Shown one piece after another: positions 48,528-59,502 of a DNA stretch of 64,000 nucleotides. Source of the DNA: a virus; the IMG/VR virus record IMGVR_UViG_3300037804_000367, positions 1 through 64,000 of that record, one strand, 5' to 3'. Position 1 is the stretch's first letter. Each line of letters opens with the position of its first letter. The notes under the pieces were generated by a model. The model did no database searches. It was given only the letters and a program-made list of their open reading frames with translations, and was not told where the DNA came from. The position numbers were made by a program, and so were the translations under genes.

Positions 48528-48909
48528 TACACACTGTACACATGGTCTGCATGTTGCTAATGTTATTTGAACCACCATTACTCTTAGCCAGTATGTGATC
48601 TTTAGTCATGAGAACTTCATTACCATTTGAGTCCATACCGTACAGATTGATATGGTAACCTTTTTCAGTATAGTTTTTTTCAAGTGCTAAGAACTTACCT
48701 TTAGCTGAACACGCTACGCAATCAACTCCTTTTTCTTTAAAAGTTAATAACCGTAATGAAGACATGTTAATAGTTTCTCCATTAAGTTCAATATTTACTC
48801 TGTTTTTACTAGAAGTTTTGTTAGTAGCAAACTTTAAAATAGATAAATCTTCAAGTATGGAGTGACGGAAATACGTTGGTCTAGTTTTCTTTGTTGATTT
48901 CTTTTTCAT
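48505..48909 (-). CDS. HNH endonuclease domain protein
   Basis: CVAC, MTKDHILAKSNGG.N...N.QTMC..CN..KG. Confidence 0.85.
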   Translation of the reverse strand: MKKKSTKKTRPTYFRHSILEDLSILKFATNKTSSKNRVNIELNGETINMSSLRLLTFKEKGVDCVACSAKGKFLALEKNYTEKGYHINLYGMDSNGNEVLMTKDHILAKSNGGSNNISNMQTMCTVCNGEKGCS

Positions 48910-48910
48910 T

Positions 48911-49291
48911 TTACATTGCTCTCAGTACAGAGGACACAGGGAGCTTGAATGATTTACCAGTGGCAACTTCAATAGCCATTACTGGATAACGTTTTGCTCT
49001 TGTGTTCCAACCACTGACCTTGAACTTCTTTGATTGTAAAGTTATGGTTGAATTAAGAAGAGACTTTTTGAGTCCGTGTCTTTCAGCATAGAAGTTCCAA
49101 GCCTCAACTTCTTTTGAATCAGCTACTGTACCATTTGCTTTGACGTCGAGGAACTCAACCTTCATTGAGAATTGTTCTTTATTATAAGAGGCGCGACCAG
49201 TTTTGAATTTAACACTATGTTTCTTTTCAATTTTCTTCATAGCAGCTTCCATGTCTTTGCGAATTGCATCAATCTTTGAAGTAGTAATCAT
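48911..49291 (-). CDS. Hypothetical early protein
   Basis: First gene after the promoter at 49353. Confidence 0.65.
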   Translation of the reverse strand: MITTSKIDAIRKDMEAAMKKIEKKHSVKFKTGRASYNKEQFSMKVEFLDVKANGTVADSKEVEAWNFYAERHGLKKSLLNSTITLQSKKFKVSGWNTRAKRYPVMAIEVATGKSFKLPVSSVLRAM

Positions 49292-49366
49292 ATTTGTGTC
49301 TCTCTTTTAATTTATTTTCTTACCTATTCTAATATAAGCCCTTAACAGGATAAGTCAACAACAAAG

Positions 49367-51276
49367 TTAAACTAAATGCTTACTCATTTCAATATAAAGT
49401 AACACTTCGCTTGATGGGTCGTCAATATATTGAATAGCTTGACCATTTTGTTGCACGGACGCTAATTGAACTTCTCGAGAAGGGTCTTTTATATATTCAA
49501 TAGCGTGTCCATTTTGTTGTACAGCAGCAATTTGGACTTCTCGAGAAGGGTCTGTAATACATATAATAGCGTATCCATTTTCCTGCATAGCCACGAGTTG
49601 AACTTTTTGAGAAGGCTCTTTAATATATTGAATAGTGTGTCCATCTTGTTGCACAGCAGCTAGTTGGATTTCGAAAGATGGATTGTCAATATATTGAATT
49701 GTGTATTCGTCTTGTTGTACAGCTGCTAGTTGAATATCTTCACTAGGATTTTTAATAAATCTAATATCATATCCATCTAGTTGCACTTTCTGTAAGTCGG
49801 TCATGATAAATGTTCACTCATTTTAATAAAAAGTAACACTTCTTTACATGGATTGTCAATATATTGAATAGTGTATACATTTTGTTGTACAGCAGCAAGT
49901 TGAATTTCAATTGATGGATTGTTTATGTAGGTTATAGCATTTCCATATTGTTGTACAGCAGCAAGTTGAATTTCAATTGATGGATTGTCAATGAATCGAA
50001 TAACATACCCCTCTTGTTGTACAGCAGCAAGTTGAACTTCTCGAGAAGGGTCTTTAATATATTGAATAACATACCCCTCTTGTTGTACAGCAGCAAGTTG
50101 AACTTCTCGAGAAGGGTCTTTAATATATTGAATAGCATATCCACTTTGTTGTACTTTCTGTAAGTCGGTCATGATAAATGTTCACTCATTTTAATAAAAA
50201 GTAACACTTCTTGAGAAGGGTCTTTTATACATTCAATAGCATATTCACTGTGTTGTACAGCGGCTAGTTGAATTTCAATTGAGGGATTGTTAATAAATTC
50301 AATATTATATCCATCTTGTTGCACAGCAGCTAGTTGGACTTCTCGAGATGGATTGTCAATGTATTGAATAGCATATCCATCTTGTTGTACTTTTTGTAAA
50401 TCAGTCATGATAAATGTTTACTCATTTTAATATAAAGTAAAACTTCGCTTGATGGATTGTTTATGTAGTTAATAGCATTTCCATATTGTTGTACAGCAGT
50501 TAGTTGGACTTCACGAGACGGATTGTTAATATATTCAATATTATATCCATCTTGTTGCACAGCAGATAGTTGAATTTCGATAGATGGATCTTTAATATAT
50601 AAAATAGCATATCCATTTTGCTGTACTTTTTGTAAGTCAGTCATAATATATGCTCACTCATTTTACAATGTAGCTTTACAACTTCAGATGGATTGTCAAT
50701 ATAATTAATAGTGTATACATTTTGTTGTACAGCGGCAAGTTGAATTTCACCTGATGGATTGTCTATGTAGTTAATAGCATATCCTCCTTGTTGAACAGCA
50801 GCTATTTGAATCGCTTCGCTTGGATCTTTAATATATTGAATGGCATAACTATTTTGCTGAACTGCGGCTAGTTGAATCTCTTTACTAGGATTGTTAATAT
50901 ATTTAATAGCATATCCACTTTGTTGTGCAGCAGCTAATTGAATCTCTTCAGACGGATTGTTAATATATTCAATTGAGTTTCCATCTTGGTGTACAGCTGC
51001 TAGTTGAATTACTTCACTAGGATTTTTAATAAATTGAATTGCATATCCATGTTGTTGAACAGCTACCAGTTGAATTAATTCAGATGGATTATCAATGTCT
51101 TGAATTGCATAACCATCTTGTTGTACAGCAGCTAATTGAACTTCTTCACTTGGATCTTTAATATATTGAATTGTAATTCCCTTTTGTCGTACAGCAGCTA
51201 GTGGGACTTCGATAGACGGATCTTTAATATCTCGAATAGCATATCCATTTTGCTGTACTTTTTGTAAGTCGGTCAT
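49367..51276 (-). repeat. Five tandem paralogous CDS built of 22-aa DUF4116-like repeats (49367-49804, 49801-50172, 50169-50408, 50405-50644, 50641-51276)
   Basis: Unit VQQDGYAIQYIDNPSREVQLAA. All start MTDLQKVQ and end MS[K/E]H[L/I]. ATGA overlaps. Confidence 0.9.
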
Positions 51277-51287
51277 TGTGTCCTCTT

Positions 51288-52131
51288 TTATAATTCGACA
51301 CTACTGTTTGCTACATGTTGCTTTATTCTTTTAGCTAGGCCTTTGCCACCAGCGTCTACTTCTTGTAAGATGTTTTGAACAAGTGATTCCATAAACATAG
51401 TTTGTTCTCTTTCTAACTCTAACTCTCTATACTTGCGCGTAGCTAATTCTTGTTGTGCCATTCTTTCATTGGCCATAAACGATATACACTCTTGTGTACT
51501 GATATAATCAATGTCTGTTTTGAATTCAAACTGTAACTCTTGTTGTAATAAAACTTTAGTTGCAAACTCGGTCATGTTAATATCTCCAGTGTTTAATTTA
51601 ACTTTACTTCTTTCTAAATTTAGTAATTATTCTTACATGCAAGCATTGGATATTATATCCGCCTGCATAGATTGCTTCGACACTCATGACAAATTTGTCA
51701 TTGACTAGAAACTCAAAGCAGAATTGAGACTCAACTGTCTTTACAAATGTATCAATTGCTTCGCCGTCTAGTTTCTTTAGAGCTTTTGCTTCAAGTCCCT
51801 TTGCACAATTGTACCACTTCTTGTTGAATACTTTTTCGACATGCTCAATCTGGTAATCTTCTCTACAAAAGATATAATCTTGGTCGGCACGAGCAACGTT
51901 TGCATATTTCCACTCAAGTGAACACTGACTAACCATTTGATCTCTTTTAGAACGAGGCACAGGACGACAACCAGTTATACCAAACTTATCAAGCTTCTCT
52001 GCATTCCAAAGCTCATCGAGTTGATTCATCTTAGCTCTTGCGTTTGCATAAAACTCAAGCTTCTTTTTCTTTTGAATTTCAAAGTGTGGCTTGATTGCTA
52101 GTTTGATTTGGTCAAGTGCTGTCATAATCAT
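51288..52131 (-). other. Two early hypothetical CDS (51288-51575, 51604-52131)
   Basis: Follow the promoter at 52187. Confidence 0.6.
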
Positions 52132-52213
52132 CTTCCTTTTACATTTTCTTTCTTACCTATATTAATATACACTCACAACTGCAATTAGTCAAGCTGTTTT
52201 ATACAGTTTATAC

Positions 52214-52247
52214 AAAAAAAGATCCAATTAAATTAATAATTGGATCT
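52214..52247 (-). terminator. Intrinsic terminator
   Basis: AGATCCAATTA..TAATTGGATCT with a T-tract on the minus strand. Confidence 0.7.
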
Positions 52248-52278
52248 AGTATCTCCAGGTAAGAAGAAAATATGTTAT

Positions 52279-52904
52279 CTAAATGTTAATCTGTCTACAT
52301 GCCTTATCAAAATCTGCTTGCAATTGTTCTAGAGTAGGCCAATTTTCTCTGGCTAGATGTTTCCTCATATGTTGTTCAAGTATTTGTATTTCAAAAATCT
52401 TTTTTGATAGTTGTATATCTGTTATGTCTTGTTCATTTGATTGTAAAAAAGTTGATAAGTGAAAATATTCCCAATAGGAATGTTTTTCATTGTATCGTTC
52501 TACTTCCAAACTTTTTAAATCGCGTGTACGAATGTAAAGGATATCGTGTAAGTAGTTAGAGCTAATCCTCATAAAGTAAAACATAATTAGTCCAAGTGTT
52601 TTGACATCGCTTTGTTTAACTCATAATGTTCCATGTCTTCTTTTTGCTTATCAGTTAGAGAGTTGTTTACTTTTACACAATACAATTCAACTGAGTTTGG
52701 TCTCATGTTATCATTTAAGTGTCCCACCCCATCTCTATTTTTCATTAAGCAATAAGGAATTTCAAACAGAGCCATCTTTGGTTTGCCTTGTTGTGTATAT
52801 TCATAACCAGTAAAGATTCCAATTCTCATTCCGTATCCTTTATCGCTACTCGGGATAGCAACAATGTCACCTTTTTCAATTGTATTTCCTAACATGTCTG
52901 TCAT
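52279..52904 (-). other. Two hypothetical CDS carrying the MxKHL motif (52279-52584, 52587-52904)
   Basis: LEQHMRKHL, NKAMSKHLD. The second has an SH3-like D.LGN.IEKGD.V start. Confidence 0.65.
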
Positions 52905-52920
52905 AAGTTTGCCTTTTAAT

Positions 52921-54385
52921 TTAAATGTTCGTGTTTAGATATTGTCGCATTTTATTTAATGTTTGATAGTGTTCGCGCTTAACAAAATCATATTTTACAT
53001 CGCCAAGACCATTGCCCTTTAAGAACAAATCAAATACTTCAGTGGACATTTTAGTTTGGTGATTGTGAGTGTCGTAGTCGAACAACTTTATTTCATTGTT
53101 CTTCTCATAGAACATATAGAATGATACAACACCGTTACATGTCTTCATTATTAAATCATTAGCTGGATATTTCATTATACTAAATGCTCGCTCATTGCTT
53201 TGTAAGTTATCATCTGTTCTTTAGTAACAAAATCATATTTGGTTCCTTGAAACCCTTCTAGGAATGATTTGAATAGATTCCTTGATGGTTGTGTACTTAT
53301 TTCAGCGGTTCCATAATAGTATAACATTATCCAATCACATTTTGGACCTAGATCTTTAATATTATAAAAACTTATTTTAGATCCTTTGGTTTTCATTATA
53401 ATATTTGTTCGGTCAATCATTTTAAACCATCTTTGTTAAATGCTTTCTCATTTTGGAATATGTATTTATTTGGTCTTCAGTAATGTAATCATACTTCTCT
53501 ACTTTAGTACCTTTTAAGTTTGTTTGAAATTGATCAGCTGTTAGTTTGATTCTGCTCATTGGACCATTAGCAGCACGTATTTCAAACAGTTCGATGTCGG
53601 TAGTTTCTTTGGTCCACACTTGAAAGAATGAAACAATGTTTGTTTTGTAATGTGTTACCATTATGAAAGTTCTTTTGCCCATGTTAAACTTCCTTATCTA
53701 AATGTTCGTTCATTTTCTTTAATGTTTTCATTTGTGTTTCAGAAACGTATTCAAACTTTACTCCATTCAATCCTCTAAGCAATGCTTGGAACACATGTGG
53801 CGTTAGTTTAGTATGTTCGTCAGGTGGTCTTCCAAACTCATATAACAATACAGACTGATTTGGTTTACCAGCTAGTACAGAATAGAATCTTATTTTGTTA
53901 CCTTCCGTTTCCATAATGATTTCAAGATCGTTCATTTGTGATCGTCTCTGAATACTAACTGATAGTTTACGAATTCGAATAACAATTTAGACTTTGCATA
54001 TAGAATAGCACAAGGCATATCTTTCTTATCATGTGACTCAGCTGCTATCACAAGTCTTTCAAGAGCGGTTGTTAGTTCTTTGATTCGTTCGTCCTTTGTT
54101 TCCTTTGGACACGGTAGGTTTTCTTGAGCCATTATGTTGTTACCTTGTTAAATGCTCTTGCATCTTTTGATAAGTTGCTACCCACTCTTCAGTAACCCAG
54201 TCATACTTTATTCCTGGTTTACCTTTTAGGAAATTATCAAACATGTTTCTTGAGGGATGTAAATGTAATTGCGGAGATCCAAACATAAACATTTTTACTC
54301 TTCCCATTTTTGAATCGTAGTCTTCTATTGTAAAGAAGTCTATCTTTTCGTTTTGAGTTCTCTGTATAATGTTTGTTTGTTTCAT
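52921..54385 (-). repeat. Array of five ~82-aa paralogs (52921-53175, 53175-53420, 53422-53682, 53684-53935, 54140-54385) with one unrelated ORF (53932-54132)
   Basis: Shared I[M/Q].T...[I/V].F[Y/F] ... F...L.G..G.KYD.VT.E....KM.EHL pattern. Confidence 0.85.
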
Positions 54386-54387
54386 TT

Positions 54388-54767
54388 CTAAAACTTTCCT
54401 TTTATTTGTTCGCCTTTGTAAGTAACATTATGGGGCGCCCAACAACATGAACGATTATTGATATAAGTTTTTACTCTAACCCATTCAAATGGAAAATCAT
54501 TTTTTACTTCCTCAACTCTTCCTAAACCATCCGAACAAATAACTTCCATTCCTAATACAAGATCTTCGAGTTTCATATTTTACCTTTTTTGATCTTTTTG
54601 TAAACTACGTCTTTACCATCTTTTCGATTATCACTAGTACAATGAAAATCAGGATCTGTTAAACATGAACTTTCGTAATCACATCTTTCACAAATAGCAC
54701 CTCCTAGTTCAGGGTAGCCATCACTGATTGCTTCAAAGCCATTAGGTGCTTCGTCTTTATCAATCAT
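54388..54767 (-). other. Two small hypothetical CDS (54388-54576, 54573-54767)
   Basis: Coupled ORFs. The second has C..C...C..C motifs. Confidence 0.55.
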
Positions 54768-54843
54768 TGTTAGTTCCTCTTTTTACATTTTTTTGCCACT
54801 AACCAAATTTCATTATTTTAAAAACATTTCAACAATTGTACTT

Positions 54844-55188
54844 TTATAATAAATGTTTTTTCATTTTTTGTTCTAAAAAGTAAGAGTTTAATGCTGGGTT
54901 CCAAATGTGTTTGTGATTTGGACAATATTTTGGTAAGTATTTTCTACATGATAATACAAATGTTTTTGTATCAAACCACTTTTCGAAATGCTCACTACAG
55001 AACATTATCAGTAATTTACATTCGATTGATGACATTGTCATGTTTTGTGGGTCAAACCATTTATCAAAATGCTCATGACAGTTTTGTATTAGTAAAGGAT
55101 AATGAGACCAATTAAATTTGTCCTTGTCAAACCATTGATCAAAATGCCAATTGTGTTTCTTTAACCACTCTCTAGTATATTGTATTTT
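54844..55188 (-). CDS. HFDKWF-repeat protein with MKKHL tail (paralog of 63620-63991), likely start MKIQYT
   Basis: HFDQWFD, HFDKWFD and HFEKWFD repeats. Confidence 0.75.
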   Translation of the reverse strand, partial: KIQYTREWLKKHNWHFDQWFDKDKFNWSHYPLLIQNCHEHFDKWFDPQNMTMSSIECKLLIMFCSEHFEKWFDTKTFVLSCRKYLPKYCPNHKHIWNPALNSYFLEQKMKKHLL

Positions 55189-55192
55189 CATT

Positions 55193-58100
55193 TTAATCCA
55201 CAAAATATTTTTTCATTTTTTGTTCAAGAGTTTGTATTTGTACTTGTTTGTTCATTTCGCTTTGTGTAATCTCGATATCTTTTTTATGCATTCCGACAGC
55301 AACTAAAGGACTCCAAGATTTTTTTACCCATTCTTTTTGTTCCAAATTCCACTTGTAAATTGTATTTGGAGATTGTAACACAAACAAACTTATTTGTTTA
55401 TTTGTATGAGTTCGTTTCCAATATTTAAATTCAATTGCTGTCATATTACTATCTACCATTCCATTTCATGCCATTCGGCCCCAGTAATTTTCCTAAGCTC
55501 ATCATGAGTGGTTGAGTACTCCCACGCATTGTCGCCTCTTGTCTGACCATCTTCTGCTTTATTGTATCCGTCTTGAAAAGACTCAAGTACTAGGTTCATC
55601 AACGATATAGATTTCTTTCTTAGAAATGACTTTTCATTACTTTCATAATTTAGTTTGGCATTGAGATCTTCAATCGTTTTTGTTAGATCCTTTATGCAGT
55701 TTTGGTACTGTGCTTCCGTTTCGGAAAACTTCTGTAATTTACTCATTGTTTGTTTCTCTTTAACATTCCTGGCCACATGATCATATACAATACAGCAATT
55801 ATTGTCCAAGCTATTATTCTTATATAAAGTTGTTCACCAGAGTTATGTTTTGGACGATAGGCAAACAATCTATCAAACAGTAAAACAATTAATCCTATTA
55901 ACATGTACACTAGTACAATAATTGCTACAATAATTAAAATGCTCATTCACTTTCCTTGTTTAGATGCTTTGTCATTTTTGTTGGACGTCCATGTCATCGT
56001 ATAGTCCAGGAACATTAAATGGAATGTCTTTTGTAAACGGAAGAGTTTCTCTTATTTTACTTTCTAACAATTTGAGTTCTTTTAGTGATACAAACTTATC
56101 AGCGGTTATGATTTCAAAAATGTCCATTAACTGCTCTCTACCTTTAAACGAGTCGCCACTTATAAAACTATCATACAATTTAAAAGCAGATGATTTATAG
56201 TTTGGTTCATTATTAAATTTAGATTCTTTATCCCCTAAATTGATAAGAGTAATTAGTAATACTACACTAACTATTGATATACAAACTTTTGCAATTGTCG
56301 AGTCTGAAAATTTCATTATTTAGTTTCCTTTAATTTTACGATCTCATGAGCAGCTTCCCAAATCTTTAAATAATTATCAATATCAGAGTATTCAGAAATG
56401 ATTCCATGCTTCTGTAAAACAATAATTACTTGTTGTGCATCTTTTGTGTCTTGAGTCATTTTGTTAACCACTTTGCTTGTTTATAATTATTACATCTCTT
56501 TGCAACCTTTACCCAAGCCGTTAAGCAATCTTGCCAATCGAATGGTTCTACTTGACTGGTTGCATGACAGCTACAACATTCTAACATATATTTGTCTGGA
56601 AAGGTTCCCCAAGCTATTCGTTGTTTAACATACAGTTGATTGTGTCCTTTACAAAATGGACACGGATAGGGATTTTCATGATCCTCAGTTGTCCCTATCA
56701 TTTCAAAATCTTTCATTTAAGTGGCTTATATAATATTTTGTTTGTTCGACATCTGCACTTATTAAGAACCTGAGTTGAATTATAAAATCCTCTATTCTTC
56801 CTTGAAGCAAAGGTTGTAGATCTTCAAACTTCTTTCCATCAAACTCTCCGTCTATTAGATGAAATTTGTTATCTATAAAAGCAGCGAAGACCATAACTAA
56901 ATGAGCATTAAAAATACAATCTATAGTTTCTTTGTTATATTTTAAATGTACAGCTGGTAATTCTAAACCATAAATAGCTGCTTCTATTATTAAATTTGGA
57001 TTACATTGTTTACGATTATCTTTTTTATAGTCGATATCTAGTTGATAAGTTCCACACTTTATCTTTTTTATTAAAGAATTAACCGAAGTAAAATCTTTAG
57101 ATATTCTTATTCGTTCCATTTTGTTTCCTTGTTTTGTTTTGAAACGCGATCATTGAATAAATCAGCATCTTGATAAATCATTTCATTGATCAATACGATA
57201 GCCGCATTCAAATCTTCTATAGCAACCTTTGCTTGATAAAGAGCATTCTGCTTTCTATCTTTTAGCGCTCTGAGTACTTCAAGTTCGCTTTTATAGATAA
57301 TTGTGTAATGACTATTTTTGTTTATCGTGTTTTTGATAGGTGGAAAATTTTTTTGATCTTTATCTGTTGAATTAACCATTTGAATAACAATTAAGTCTTT
57401 GATATGTTCAACGACTTTGAATTTGTCAATGATATCAGATGATCCTCTGAACATGTAGATAAACTCATCCATTACTTTTTTAGTCCTTCCATCAAAAAGA
57501 TAATACGGTCTTTCTTTTCAATGATTTCATTTTGGATGGTGTACACTTCAAGTTCATCTCTGAGCTTAGCAGCAGATTTGTTTCTGTCAGCCTGCCACTC
57601 GAGTTGTTCCTTTTCGCCCATTAGATAAGCAGCACCAGGCCAAAGATTTTCATCTTGAAGCTGAGCGATTGTTTCTTCTACTAAAAATTTGATAGTCATG
57701 TTATACTTCCAATACTTTAAAAGTGTTTAATTCAATACCACGGCCGTTGACTTTTTCAACAACATCACTCATCCATTCATGATCGGCAAATTTTTTAAAT
57801 TGATCTACCCAAACAAAGTAAGCTTCTTCGCTAGCTTTTTCTGCATTTCGAGCTCTGACAAACACTTCGACTTTCATAGTCTTTGCATCTCTTTTTCTCT
57901 TTGCAATTCTGTCGGTATCAGGAGCGATTTCATAAACTGCTTGTACTTTGAATGTGGCCATGATTTTTTCCTTATTAATTTATCTTTCTTACCTATTATA
58001 GTATAAGCCCTTAAACAAATAAGTCAACTTCAAAGTAACTTTATTTTGGTAGTTTTGATTCACATTGTAGACAACGGAAGCATCTTCCCTTTTGGCTCTC

Positions 58101-59311
58101 TATACAGAAACCTGGATTTGGTCTGAATTGTTCAAGAGGCTTTATCGTGTGACAAATGTAACAGTTCTTTTCGTCTGGTTTGTTCATGTTAAGTGTTTTC
58201 TCATCTTTCGTTCAAGCAACCGTTCGTTTAATAATCGTATACCGTTTTGCTCACTGCCAACTTCTGGATAGCTTAATTGAGTTCTACTATATTGTCCCCT
58301 ACTCCATTTTCCATTTTTATAGAATTCTGTTTTGGGATTTGGAAATTGAGTATTAACTTTAAAAAGTGTTACTCCTGATAAGTGATAAGTGGTCATCTTA
58401 ATGTCCTATCCAATAGTAGTCGCCACATGAAACTCTTTGTTGGTTTGTATCAGCAGCAACTTTATCTAACAACTCTTGAGAGGAATTTGAACTATGAAAC
58501 AGCTCTCCGTTCTTCAACATAATGTGACGGTGTTTACTGAATATGCTACCAGTTTTTAATTCGTATTCATTTCCGCCTTTTGTGTACTTCCATAACATAA
58601 TGATTACCTCGATTGTTGTTCGTTTATTAAACCTTCCCAATATGAAATCTGTTTATCTATTCCTCTCAGCTGACATCCAACATAATGATCTCCGTCAATA
58701 CTAGCTTGAACGTTTGTGATGTTGCAATGTATGCAATGAGGGTAGTACACTGTGTCGTCCCAACAATTATCGTGTTTGATAATTAACTTGTTAAGCATGT
58801 TGTTTAATCTAGTTAATGTTGGGACGCAATTATCTTTCATTTTCAATTCCTTTAATCTAATACAAAGTATGCTACAACCATTGCAAGTATGTTACACCAT
58901 GCTAACAATATACCAATGTAAATTAAATATTGCATTTTATCTTTTCACAGGGTCTTGGAATTTGTACACTAATGTGAAGTCAACATTTCCATAGAAGTCT
59001 CTCTTGAACTTCTTTTCAACTGTAAAATGATTATTGACTTTCTTTGCATCTGTTGACGAGTACACTGTGTCGTCACCTTTAACCTTCCATGATACATAGT
59101 CATTAGATCTCAAAACTTGTTCAATGGCTATTGGTTCATTTGGTTCTTTACTTTCATAAGTTATTTCACATGGAATAAACCAGAAGGCTACTACTTGTAA
59201 CATTATTCCAATTACTATTAAAAAAGGATCAAAATCATTCTTTATCCCAAAAATAATTATCGTAATTCCTATTACACTAAATACTATCATTATCAATGCT
59301 ATTACTACCAT
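55193..59311 (-). other. Run of small hypothetical early CDS (55193, 55453, 55743, 55972, 56456, 56703, 57107, 57472, 57701, 58184, 58398, 58604, 58937)
   Basis: Coupled ORFs. Several have single TM segments. 56456-56716 has a CPFC..C..C Zn ribbon (Lar-like). 55193 and 58184 carry the C-terminal motif. Confidence 0.6.
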
Positions 59312-59340
59312 GTTTACTACCTCTTTGTTTTTATTAATTT

Positions 59341-59500
59341 AAAAAGAAAAGGCTTTCCACCTTTATGTCGGGTTTGCCCTCTGCGGTTCCGAGGTCGAAC
59401 TATTAAGCTGATTACAGCACCATTACTGGTAAGGTAGCCACCGAACTATTAAACTGCAGTCTTGACCACAAGGGAATACGGGCCACAGTTCTCATACGTC
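59341..59500 (-). ncRNA. Candidate structured RNA (~160 nt)
   Basis: GC-rich, ORF-free, TTAATAGTTCG twice, ends GGCAAACCC...AAAGCC then a U-tract. Confidence 0.4.
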
Positions 59501-59502
59501 AT

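Noticed and set aside
48246-48578. Glutaredoxin-like CxxC at the start of the ORF
   Set aside because: The CRPC/CVQC stretch lies in the overlap with the HNH gene upstream of the likely true start.
49367-51276. CRISPR array or diversity-generating retroelement
   Set aside because: The 66-bp repeats are in-frame coding units with no unique spacers. No reverse transcriptase or adenine-specific TR/VR pair is visible in the window.
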